DNA of 41,527 nt from Oopsacas minuta (taxonomy: Eukaryota > Animalia > Porifera). The position numbers and the translations under genes are program-made. Location of the stretch: positions 1-41,527 of the forward strand of contig JAKMXF010000060.1 of assembly GCA_024704765.1 (NCBI GenBank), in the 5' to 3' direction. Of this stretch, positions 26,217-37,692 are shown one piece after another (the stretch's first letter is position 1; every line of letters begins with the position of its first letter). The notes beneath the pieces are model-generated. The model was not told where the DNA came from, ran no database searches, and saw nothing but the letters and a program-made list of their open reading frames with translations.

Positions 26217-27384
26217 TATACTTGGATTAGGGCCCCATCGAGTGCTAATCCGGCCCTGATTAGATACACAGACTGACTGTTGTTAGTATGTAACTTTAAT
26301 CACGTTATTAAGAACAAGTTATGCGATGTAGGTTGACAGTATTCAGAACCATTTATATACAATTAATATACTTGAGACAAAAATTGAAATGTATTCTCAA
26401 AGGAAATGATCAATACTAAATTAAAGAAAAAGAAGTGACAATTATTCGAAGAGCCTTTAAGAGTCTGAATAATTAATAAGAACGATAGAGATTATCAAAT
26501 TTAAACCTTTATTCGGATTCTTGCATATAGTTCAATGATTAGAAATAAGGAATGGCATCTCAGATTCATATCATTAAAAACTCAAGAACAGTGTAATTTG
26601 AAAATAACCAGAGGATATTCTGCTCAAACTCAAAAAAATTGAGAGCAAACATCACGTGGATGAATCTCAAAAGTTAAATGCAGGGGAAATGATTACATAG
26701 AGCATCGCCCAAGCCTATAAGTGGGGGGGATATAGTTGTGTTTGATTAGTGTATATATATATTGTGTGCTATTTCCATATATTTTGAAACTGAACATTAC
26801 GTAGATACAATTCTATACACATACATAATATTATACCAACAGTTACACTGGTAACATCTGAAATACATTCATAGAGTTAATATTCACGGAGAGAGAGACT
26901 TGTGACAGATTTCTGCATACTATGTAAAGATTAAGATCCATCTATTTAATTTACAAGTATTATAGTTCTTTGAAGTTACAATTTGGTCTAAGAGAATGAT
27001 CCCGCAGAAAAAAATATTCAAGTATATTGTTGTTACTATGTCAAGTGTTTGTGTATGAATTCTATGAATTCAACAAGCAAATAATTGTACTTGTAACTAA
27101 TCACATGAATTGTTATCAACAACTCATTTTCATATCGTATACTCATTCAAAAACTTGTTGGAATTCACAATGAGTTGATACAGCTTCGTTATGATTGTGA
27201 ATACGTTCCCAGTCTAGTTTACGTCTCTTATATATTATTTATTCCTAAACTCTAATTAATACATTGAATTCAAATGGATTATTTATCGATATCTTGGGAT
27301 ACATTCATTGAGTACAAATGGACTGATCTCGTGCAGATAACACACGTATCGTCTCTCAACTGCGAAACTACCCTCGTAATCACA

Positions 27385-29280
27385 GAAAGGATTTATATTT
27401 ACTGACAAATACATCATCGGAAGTATTAATTGCCCTGGCCTTCCAGAAACGGAACTGTAAGTCTATATTTGAGCGTTTGTCCCTAGAATTGGGCGAAATA
27501 TTCGTGAACCCGGAAGCCTTGCTTGAAGGCAGCATACAAAATAAAACTAACGCCTTACCCTTTAAACGTCGCAGTACTGAAATGGGGGACATCACTAGAG
27601 GAAGGTGGCCTCATTAGCTGGACTGATGATGCTAATATCTATTTCATTGACAATGAGCACATTTTTGAAATGCTCACAGAATTTCATTCATACTGGCTTG
27701 GTAGAGAACAATAAATTTTACAATTAAATAGAGAAGCTACCCAGAACGCTGTCGAGTTGCAGGAATCATGGGAATATTAGATAATTCACCAGCAGGATCC
27801 TCAGATTATCCGCTAAGTGACTCAATGCCCCAGGAAAATATTTGCAAAGTTTCTGATCCTCTCTTGAATGTCTCCACTAGTATACTAGCATCTACCAATT
27901 CGTCTGTCCCTGAGAATACTGACGCACTACCGAGCAACTGTGATTATCGATTGATAAAATCCTCCAAGGGGGCGTGACAAATTGTATGAAGGATTCATAT
28001 ACAATTTCCACCGAAAGGATAGCATAAAGGCCCAGTGGCGTTGTCAAGTAAAAGATTGTAAGGGAAGTCTACACACTAAATTACAAAAGTTCTTAAAACG
28101 TTGGGCCAACACTGTCATGGTCCAGAGGTCGGCGCTGAAGAAGTGTTAAATTTCTGTGCAAGCATTAAGAGAGGGGCTCGAGAATCTCACGACAATCCAC
28201 ATCGGAATGTAGCCGAAGCTTCCGGCGATTTGTCTGAGCTTGCCAAAACGCTTTTTGCTTCCTGAAAAAGTCTTAAGAAAACTTGTCAAAGATTAAGACC
28301 AGCTCGAGCTAATCCTACTTCCCTTCTGGATCTGACCATAGATCAAAATCTGAAAACCCTAGGAGAAGAGCGTTTTTGATTTACGATTCAGGCCCTGGGC
28401 TAGACAGAATTATGATGTTCGGTACTGAAGAAAACAAAAATATTCTAATAAATTCGTCAATATGGATAGAAGATGGAACTTTCAAGGCTGTTCCTTTTCT
28501 ATTCGCACAACTTTCCACGATCCATGGATTAACAGGCGGAGTATATCAATTCAGAGATAGACATCTGATTCCTTGTGTCTATGTCTTCTCCCAGGAAAGA
28601 ATTCGTTCTATTATAGGAAGATGTAGAAGAATTAAAAGATGTTTGTCTGACCTCTAACCCACAGCATCTTATAGTAAATTTTGAAAGAGGTGCCATTACC
28701 CCTTTCGACTTTTGTTTTGGTGTTTTTTCATCTATCTCAGGGTGTGTACAGAAAGGTGCAGGAAGTTGGATTGCAAACTCGCTATCCAAACGATCATGAC
28801 TTTCTGTACTCATCAGAATGCTACCTGCTATTGCTTACCTACCACCTCAACATGTTCTACCTACTTTTGAAAGGTTGAAGGTACTATTTCCTAATGATCT
28901 ACTATCGTTATGAGTATTTTGAAAACACATACGTTGGGAGAGGGATGAATTCGGTTATTATGATACCTCATTATTCTCAATCGAGATGTTGAACTATATA
29001 CATCTAGTCAGATATGGTATACCTAGGACGACAAATGGATGGCATCGTGCCTTTTCAGTCACGGTTGCGTGTCATCACCCGACATTCGGGAAATTCGCAA
29101 TGCATTGGTAATTGGGCAGGAGAGTGTCGAATTGCGACAGGCACAATACTATAAAGGAGTCAACTAACAAAATCCAAAAAGTCACTCGAGAATCAATATA
29201 CTTTGGTGACGCTAATATTGAACTATTTCCCCAGGCCAATCATGACTTTATCTCAAGAGTTTAGCCTCTAAAATAACATT
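27385..29280 (+). pseudogene. Decayed FLYWCH-MULE (Phantom-like) transposase
   Basis: FLYWCH (EGFIYNFHRK..QWRCQVKDCKG..QHCH, about 27975-28110), FLIYDSG..RIMMF, EDGTFKAVP.LFAQL.TIHG, IVNFERGAI (D2 changed to N), FFHLSQGVYRKVQEVGLQ, YFENTYVG and RTTNGWHRAF..HHPTF. TIRs not found. Confidence 0.9.
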
Positions 29281-29855
29281 TTAAGACAAGTCCTCTTATC
29301 CCACTGTTAATTTTGCTAGCTATCATAATGGTGAATAATTATTTTATTATCAATATTCATTTATAATCCAATATTATACCTTTAATTAAACATTTCTCTT
29401 GGCTGAGGAAGATAGGACAATTTAATTAGAGTTTGTCTGACGGGCGATGATCGTTCCTAACGATAGACGCCATTTTTACATTAGCTTAATAGGAGAGTTG
29501 AGTTTTCAGGATTGAATTTGAACTTTCCTGGAAACTTGAGTATATCTGGAATCTTTTTAATTTGGACATAGGGTTCACTGAAACAAGAGTCTTGAATTCG
29601 CTCTTAAAAATATAAGCATATTAAAATGTACTACAGTCAACATTCGTAATCTCGAATGTCCGTTAACCTGAACATTCGTTATTTCAAACAGAATTTGATT
29701 TCCTCTGAGGGTTCGAGATAACGGATATTGACTGTATATGTGACAAAAAGGGAAATTCAATTTATTATCTCAAATGAAAGATTCTACAGGTGTGTAGTTC
29801 GCTGAGTTAAAGGGAGCTGTACCTTAGACTGATTTCTAGTATTCACACAGAAAAT

Positions 29856-29982
29856 CTGTACACAAATGTCTCTGTACACAAATGTCCCTGTACACAATTG
29901 TCGCACCAAAATTAAGCGCTAAGCTATACACAAATATCGCACTTGTCTTGTACACAAATGTCTCTGTACACAAGTGTCGTAC
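29856..29982. repeat. 16-bp tandem repeat (ctgtacacaaatgtct), two short clusters
   Basis: Three consecutive units from 29856 and two more from about 29948. Confidence 0.85.
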
Positions 29983-30556
29983 TTCCAATATTAAGTATTC
30001 AAATTACACACAAAAGGGTTGTTATACATACACAGGCAATAACAGCATCAATTTGCGCAAATATTTAGATATTATAGTATTATCATAACACTCTCATATT
30101 ATAAAATTCTCCCTCAAGATGGTTCAAAGAGAAAATTTAGATTTAGTATCCAGAGCTATTTTAATCCATAAATTAAACAATCATAAAATACCAACAATTT
30201 ATCACGAATATACAAATATCAGTTATCTTATTAATTCTACACAACGAATGATTCCAATATACTGCAAGAAAACTTCCGTAGTATATGTAAAACATATACT
30301 ACACATGCTACTTGCGTCTTCCACTTCAAAGCTTGATTTAACATGTATGAACCACTTTTCTAGAATATAGGTATTCGCAATTGAATTATTGACACCAAAG
30401 ATACCTCTGTCAAGCAGGGAAATACTCTATCCTACCACTTAATTCATTAATCAATAACATAAACAGAGAATATATTATCCCATCCTCCAATCCTGAGATC
30501 CTGTAACTAGTTCCCATATGCCAAATTATGTTCTATACTTTGTGCAAGACCCTTTG

Positions 30557-30581
30557 TATATATATATATATATATATATAT
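30557..30581. repeat. (TA)12 microsatellite
   Basis: Direct read of the sequence. Confidence 0.95.
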
Positions 30582-30618
30582 TTAAAGCATACTGAACTAT
30601 TAAATTATGGGATAACAA

Positions 30619-31210
30619 TTACATTGGCCGATGTAATGTAGATCGATATGACCCGCTGATTAATAACTTGCTGATGAGAGCTTCAAAAGAATGAACCGTG
30701 GAGACTATTTCACATATCATCAGCTTGATGTCCCTTGGTAATTCTAGAGACAAAACAAATATATGTAAATGCATGGTCATAAACGCATTTTATTCGGTTC
30801 ATATTATTATTATATTTGCATATAAATACAGTCGAACGTTACCAAAACGGCAACAAGGGATGGCCGGAATCCATCGGATAGGCTATATATGATAATATTG
30901 TGGAACCAGATTCAAGAGAAAAGCGTGAAGGAAGGTAATAATTAAGCTTATTTCCCATAAAAACCAATGATTTAATATTAATGAATTACCTTGTTCAGAA
31001 TATGTAACTTGAGTTGGAGTGATCGGTCCTGGGTTTATCTCGATACCACCAATGAAGAGCAGAATTGAAATTAAATTGGCGACAGAGTAGATATGAGTAT
31101 AGACATCGAAATGAGAAAATGAGAGAGTCAGATGAAGTTTTGGAACAATTGGAGCATTTCCGAAGAGAGAGCAATGCAATGCGAGCACGCCATAACTCAA
31201 TGGTAATCAT
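30619..31210 (-). pseudogene. Putative spliced gene or pseudogene with a 2A-like peptide leader
   Basis: ATG at 31210 gives MITIELWRARIALL. One frameshift later comes ISILLFIGGIEINPGP (motif at 31024-31062). A donor CAAG|GTAATT lies at 30990/30989 and an acceptor ttttgtctctAG at 30744. The phase-1 join reads ELPRDIKLMICEIV...HRPM*. Confidence 0.5.
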
Positions 31211-31460
31211 GAATATGTCCCATCAATGAAAATATAATATAGGGAGACGAATAAGGAAGAGCAACAAAGCAAATTCAGGAAAAACAAAATATCAAAAAAA
31301 CTATTATTATGGCAAAGCGGTGTGTAGATATACTCTGTCAGTGGATGACCTAATTCGTTGAATAAATAAAAATTGGCAGTACGAATTTGGAATCGTAAGT
31401 ATCTAAATTTGACGTCAATAATATTGTAAATATGACAAACAATTACTAGAGGCTATCATA

Positions 31461-32823
31461 CAGGGTGGTCCAAAATAAAGTGTACCCGTGCATGTTTTGC
31501 ATCAGTCAAGTTACAACTTTTCTTCCAACTTTATACCGTTTTAGCAAATGTCAAATACAACTCCTACGCCCAAGAAATACTCTCTTTGGAATGTAGAACT
31601 TAAAGCATTCGCCGTTGAGAGGTACATGGAGACGAAGAGTTTCCATGTAACGATACGCGATGTTGTTACCAAGTTCAACCCCATTAAAACACCCTACAAA
31701 TCACTCATTGTCAAGTGGGTAGCCAAGTTTAGGAAAGAAGGGACAGTCAGGAACCTTAACTCAAGAAACCCGAGTCGAAATAGTCACTCAGGACGAAAGA
31801 GGAAGCGGGATGAGGTGTTTATCGACCGCCTGCGAGAATCCGTACAAGAGTCACCACACAAATCGACGAGGAGGTGTCAAGAGCTAGCTTCCACACGTTC
31901 TACGATGTTAAGAGCGATTAATGAAGACCTAAAATTGTTTCCCTATCGCATTACCATCCACCAGAAGCTCACAGAAGCCGCAAAGATGAACAGGCTGGAT
32001 ATGGCGAAGGTTTTGGTTGACAAAATCGAAAAAACAAAGAATTTTCTCCAGCTTCTGTGGACAAGCGATGAGGCTCATTGCTATCTTGAGGGGGCGGTAA
32101 ACTCTAAAAATAGTATCTATTGGGGTTCTCAGAGACCAAACGAGGTGATAACCAAGCCTCTTCACTCAAAGAAGGTCACAGTTTGGTGTGCTGTCTCTGA
32201 GAAGGGCATTATTGGCCCATATTTCTTCGAGGAAAATGGAATGACGACAAGCATCAACAGTGAACGCTACTTTGTGATGCTAGAGAGGTTCTTGGAGGAC
32301 TTGAAACGTCTCTTTCCCAGTAATTGGCAGAAAATGTGGTTCCAGCAGGACGGTGCTTCTCCCCATGCAGCTCAAAAGTCCCTGGATTGGCTTAGAGTTC
32401 ACTTCAAGTCCAGGATCATCAGTCGCAAGTGGAGATCGAGTGGCCCCCTTATTCGCCCGACCTGAGCCCCCCAGATTTTTTCCTATGGGGCTATATTAAA
32501 GACAGGATATACCAGAACAACCTCAAGACACTGGAAGAACTAAAAACTAACATAAGAACCGTTATCAGAAGGATAACAAGACCAGTATTGAAGTCCGTCA
32601 TGAAAAACTTTACTATGCGCCTCGGAAAAGTAATAAATATGAAAGGAGGACACATGGAACATCTACTCTGAATGATTGACCCAAAGCAGCAACAAGAATG
32701 TCGAATTATTTATTTCATGTAATTTGTCTATATATTATAACAAACTTCTTTGATTGTTCTAATATCTAACATATATCTCAAAATTGAAAAATTTTGTCGG
32801 GTACACTTTTTTGGACCACCCGG
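31461..32823 (+). mobile_element. IS630/Tc1/mariner element of the DD41D (rosa/Visitor-like) group, 1363 bp
   Basis: TIRs cagggtggtccaaaataaagtgtacccg and the reverse complement ccgggtggtccaaaa-aaagtgtacccg. TA TSD at 31459-31460 and 32824-32825. Confidence 0.95.
31548..32671 (+). pseudogene. DD41D transposase with a single frameshift (about 374 aa if repaired)
   Basis: A 305-codon open frame contains WTSDEAH and WFQQDGASPH. One base is missing near 32430, after which comes EIEWPPYSPDLSPPDFFLWG. The repaired D2-D3 spacing is 41. Confidence 0.92.
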
Positions 32824-34289
32824 TACTTGTATGTACAAATAAAATCGGTTGGAAAATGGTGAAGATTAGAAGTTTATAGACGACAAAAGTCCATTAAAAG
32901 TACTAGCGACCCCTTGGTTTTTTAAGGGAATTGAATTATAGAATACGAAACAAGGTATCTGTAAATTTGGAGGCGATTCTGTAGATAAATAATTTCCAAA
33001 ATAGAGTTCAAAATTGGAGCTCGGAATTCACAAAAACAAGAAATTATCGATTTTTAGGAGGTTGATGCGGGTGATAATTCAGTGTTTCTGGATAATATTG
33101 ATATTGTTATAAACGTTTACATCCTATTTATTGATTAATATCAAAATAATTGAGATTCAGTTATATTTAGCGTAAGAAATATGAGTTTGAACCGACCCTA
33201 CTTTATGTAGTACCCTTAAATGCCAACTACCAACTAAAAATTTGAAATGACATAACTCCGCGAGTTTTAAATAGTTCTTAATGAAATTTAATTTACATAA
33301 ACATTCATATGGTATACATGTGTATACGAAATTTCAGAATCGAATTCTGACTTTTAAGTGGTTTATTTTAAGGAATTCGTATTCTTGGGTAATTGATCAA
33401 AAAATTCCTATAAAATGTAATGATTTTACACAAAAATCATATTGCGTAAAACGTTCAACTATCCTCTATCGAATGAGATCAATTTCGTTGAAATCTGATA
33501 AGTGGAAGTGGGTTAATTTAGTGATTGAAGTATACATGGTCGAGTAGTCTGCTAACTCACACTGGTAAGATTTCATCGAAAAATGTTATACAGCATCTAT
33601 TTCAATATCACAATTGATCTTGTATAACATATTTGAGTGAATTGGTAGCTAATTTAAAACATTCACTATAATTGTTCCGATCGATCGATTTCCAAATATC
33701 AAGAGCCTAACATCTCAAGGCTGTCTGGTTATTATTTCAGTATATATTCTTTTTTATAGGAAATAACAAAGAATATAACTAGTTCATTATATATTTGGAT
33801 TTCAATTTCGTTTGCAATTGTCAATCTTGGAAATCACTTGTACGCTAAGGATTATTTCTGTCGCATATCAAAATTAAATAGCCTTCCTAGATCCCAATAA
33901 TTGAGAATAAAAAAATTCACCAAACGACCTTGAATACTGTTCAACTCAGTTGTTGAGTGGTTTGATTCCTTTCTTGGGATTGTACAATTCAGCATGATGA
34001 TAACAGGCATATATGAAACAGTATTTTGAGAAGTATATGGTAGATGTCATAGGGCCATAAATGTAGCTTTGGGGACAGATAATGTTTTAAGCGAAAAAGC
34101 CGAGAAAATGTGTGATTTTATGTCGTCAATAAGGGACTAATATCTCTATTTGAGTGCCACAATTGATGAAAACGAAGTGGTAAAATTAACGTGTTCCTTT
34201 TTGTTACCAATGTAACACTTCACTTGTATTCGGATGACTGGACAGTTTTGGTGGTATTATAAAATCTAAGTAGCAAATTTGGATATATA

Positions 34290-34620
34290 TGGTTCCATTG
34301 GGACATACACATGTTCTGTTAGCTTCTAATATGACCCAATTTCACATAATTTGTCCAGATAGCACCTTACATATACCATTAGTCCCTTATATGTCCCAAT
34401 ACAGCTTAATGTATCACGATAAGTACAGTAGGCTATGTTCCGATAGCACCATATATTCAAAAAATATAAGTGCTGTTAGCCCTATGATGTCACATTAGCA
34501 TCATGAATGTACCAAGAGCACCATATATTTCCGAAAACGAAACACCGTATATCTCCTTTGGGACCATAGAGTCACAAAACATCATCAATCAATGCTCCGC
34601 AAACGTTTAGAGTTTCCATT
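34290..34620 (+). repeat. Degenerate ~21-bp minisatellite block
   Basis: Units include tgtccagatagcaccttacat, atgttccgatagcaccatat and atgtaccaagagcaccatat. Confidence 0.65.
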
Positions 34621-35232
34621 TCTATACTCACACATCTGTCCTGACAGCAATAAAATCTATTATTGAATCACTATTGTTTTTCTTTTTTGGTTGTTCGTTG
34701 CTGAGGTGCGTGTATGTTTTCTTCAATGTTTAATCCAAACAATTTCAAAAATATTCCATGTCTCAAATTTATGGAATAAAGTAAATCAAATCCAGAAATA
34801 TATATTTTTTATAGAGATTCGACTTGACCTCAATCGCTAATTAGTGTAATTTACTATACTGAATCTGAATATTGCATTTTCAATTACTCGGCTCCTGTGG
34901 ACGCAAAGCTATCGAAAGCCAAGCAACGGGAACAAGAGGTATGTCTCGTCGTTATTAATGACAAAGTTTTCCTTACATATTGCCAGCATGTGTTAGTGAA
35001 TTATTCACACCGAATGTGTAAGCCTGGTCTATGAACTACTTATAAACCAGAATTATTTGATAAAATTGGAATTATATTTGAATGAATTGAAATAATACAA
35101 TCCAATGCAGTTTGTATTACTATGATCTGAATAGAAATGAACCATACAGAAACTCCAAAAATTAATGGTACAGCTTGAATCAAAGTATTCTATCAAAGTT
35201 ATCGTCTGTGGAAAGATTTTCCTGCTCTTTGT

Positions 35233-35825
35233 TAGGTTCAAGTACTATTACAAATACTTAAGTACAAATACAATTACTTCTCAAATATTCAAGTACAAAT
35301 ACAGATGAAGTTTAAAGTACTCAATTGTAAGTACAAGTACAAGTAATTTCTTTAACAAACTCAATTTCATATATTTTTCCAAGATTAGATAAATATCTCA
35401 AAGTTGTTTAATCTTCTTCCGAAGCTTTCTACTAGACATGTGATTAGTTCGAAATTATTGATAAACCTCCCAAAACAGGCACCTACGAGATACGACACTA
35501 ATTCTACCACTGACGCCGTATCTCGGAGGTTACCTTGTATTACAAAAACAATTTGGACTGAAAATTAGTACAACGTATATGTGGTTGTACATTGATTGCA
35601 TATAATGACAATTGTAGAGAAACTTAAATGTGTTACAATTTGATTCAATACTTGACATGCTATTTTTTTGCAAGAATGTGTAATTGAGTTTTGATAACCA
35701 ATGAAAAGTGGCTGTACTAGAAAAGTATTTCAAATTTCAAATACTTTAGCAACGTACTTAATTACAAGTACAAGTATTCAGGAAACTGTACTTAATTAAG
35801 TACAATTTTCTTGAATCAAAACCTG
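35233..35825. mobile_element. Probable MITE with AAGTAC/AAATAC subterminal repeat clusters
   Basis: Dense caagtac/caaatac repeats at about 35237-35345 and 35725-35805. The right end is ...cttgaatcaaaacctg. The left TIR and TSD are unclear. Confidence 0.45.
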
Positions 35826-35899
35826 TTCCGACCGCAAATAGTGACATTGCCGTCACATGCGGCCGAAAGAAGAAGTTTTACAGGGACACTTCATCAAAT

Positions 35900-36130
35900 G
35901 GACAAATTTAACCATCAATATTCGGATAGCACTTTATGTGTCCTGATAGAAATGCATATGTTACGATAGCACAATATATTCATATAAGTGAAGCACCTAA
36001 TAAGTCCCGCCAGCACTATGATGTCACAATAGCACCATTAATGTCACGTTAGCATCTGATATGTCGGAATATTACTAAATACGTTCTAATATCACCTTTT
36101 ATGTTCCAATAGCACTTAATACATTCCAAT
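35900..36130 (+). repeat. Degenerate ~21-bp minisatellite block
   Basis: Units include gatagcactttatgtgtcct, atgtcacaatagcaccatta and atgttccaatagcactta. Confidence 0.6.
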
Positions 36131-36599
36131 GGGAAAGCTGAATCTGTCCTACGCATGAGTTCGAAATCTTTCCTACGGTAAATTAGATTCAATTGAAATG
36201 TCTATATTGTGAGTTGTTTATTATTACCAATATCAGTCGTTCCAAGACCATTGTGAGGGGGTTAGGAATTTAGTTTGGTACCTTATGGATCTGGGAGTTT
36301 TATTCGTATTATCTATCGCCGTATTTGATCCGAGGGTTTGTTCTTACGTGCTTACGTATGCCGAAGATTGTGTGTGTCAGCTTTTGGTGTATGTTTTTGT
36401 GTACTTTTTGCGCTTTGTTTCCTAACATGGATTAATCAAACATAGATCCCGAACAATTTGGTCGTAGGACAGATTCCGGTAATATCGTTGTGCATGATCA
36501 GACCACTCGTTCTAATCGCACCTGATATTCAATTACATGGAGCACCAGATGAGCACAGCCAGCAAATATTGTCACTTTAGGAACAACACTGCGCCTTAT

Positions 36600-36960
36600 T
36601 TGTCCCATTTTCACTTTATATGATCAAAATGCATTTAATATGTCCAAATAGCTCCTTAGCATCACAATGGAGACATTCTATATCCCGTATGTACAGTAGA
36701 TGTATTACAGCAACATTACTGTCCACCTAAAACATCATTTGTCCATATAGCACTTAGTATTCCCCATATCACCATATATGCATGCCCCAATAGCTCCATT
36801 TATGTTCCGAGAGCACCATATATTTCACAAAACGAAACACTTTATAAGTCTCTTTATCACTATTATTGCACAATGACACCATAAATGTACCGTTTGTATT
36901 AGATGCCTCGATAGCACGTTTTATGTATCAATTGCAACATTTGTTGCTCAATAGCTATCT
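36600..36960 (+). repeat. Degenerate ~21-bp minisatellite block
   Basis: Shares gagcaccatatattt(cc/ca)(g/c)aaaacgaaacac with the block at 34290-34620. Confidence 0.6.
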
Positions 36961-37102
36961 GCCTAGATTGGTCTTAGCGGGCAATATCAGCAATTTGTAC
37001 GCTATTTGGATTACCAGTTCAGAATAATTTTAGGTCTTATTCCTGTGTTGAATATTTAAGGTCTTATTCCTTCTTCAAATTCGAGGTAACCAAAAGTTCA
37101 CA

Positions 37103-37143
37103 GAGCATGCTCATATAAATCTACACAGACCCAGAGCATGCTC
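37103..37143. promoter_or_regulatory. Two perfect GAGCATGCTC palindromes flanking a TATAAAT sequence, upstream of ATG 37237
   Basis: Decamers at 37103-37112 and 37134-37143 fit RRRCWWGYYY, with a 21-bp spacer. Function is inferred only. Confidence 0.3.
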
Positions 37144-37236
37144 GAAGGAGGATCAATAATATATATATGCGAGTAAAATATCCACAGGAATAATAATTAC
37201 TAACGAATCGCACTCCAATTTTATACTAATTTATCA

Positions 37237-37692
37237 ATGCCACGAATCACTAAAGCAAATGCTAGACAACACTTTCAAAGTGCTCTAGATGTATTTACTG
37301 AGGTTACTGGCGAAGCAATAGGTGCAACATTACCCTGGAATGGAAAAATGAATGTCATTGGGGGACATTCATTCAAGGAGTGTACTGGAAAAATAAGAGC
37401 GAAATATGGCATACCTAGCCAAGCAAGCCCATTAGCAAAACAAGAAATTGATAGAGATTTTGCAGAATTATCTACACAAAACTATCACAGATTGAATGCC
37501 TCGACACTTCGGGGGATGATCGGATGGATAACACAGCAAGCTGTAAGTTTGGTAATACGTATTTAATTGCCCAATTATTTGTACTACGTATTCTTTGGGT
37601 TTGCTATTTTACTCGTTTAGGAAGAAAACGAAACTTATGGAGCCAGAAACAACCTAAATGATAGTCATGGCGTACCCCATTCTGTAATGTAA
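37237..37692 (+). CDS. Hypothetical two-exon gene, about 125 aa (exons 37237-37542 and 37621-37692)
   Basis: A 102-codon ATG-initiated frame is followed by a consensus donor GCT|GTAAGT, a 78-bp T-rich intron ending ttactcgtttAG, and an in-phase exon 2, EENETYGARNNLNDSHGVPHSVM*. No family recognised. Confidence 0.5.

Larger units (their letters stand above)
22010..26258 (+). mobile_element. Body and right end of a ZMYM1/THAP12-like hAT transposon
   Basis: Contains the transposase remnant and ends ctaatccggccctg at 26258, with flank attagata. A Tc1-like element interrupts it about 40 bp from this end. Confidence 0.82.
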
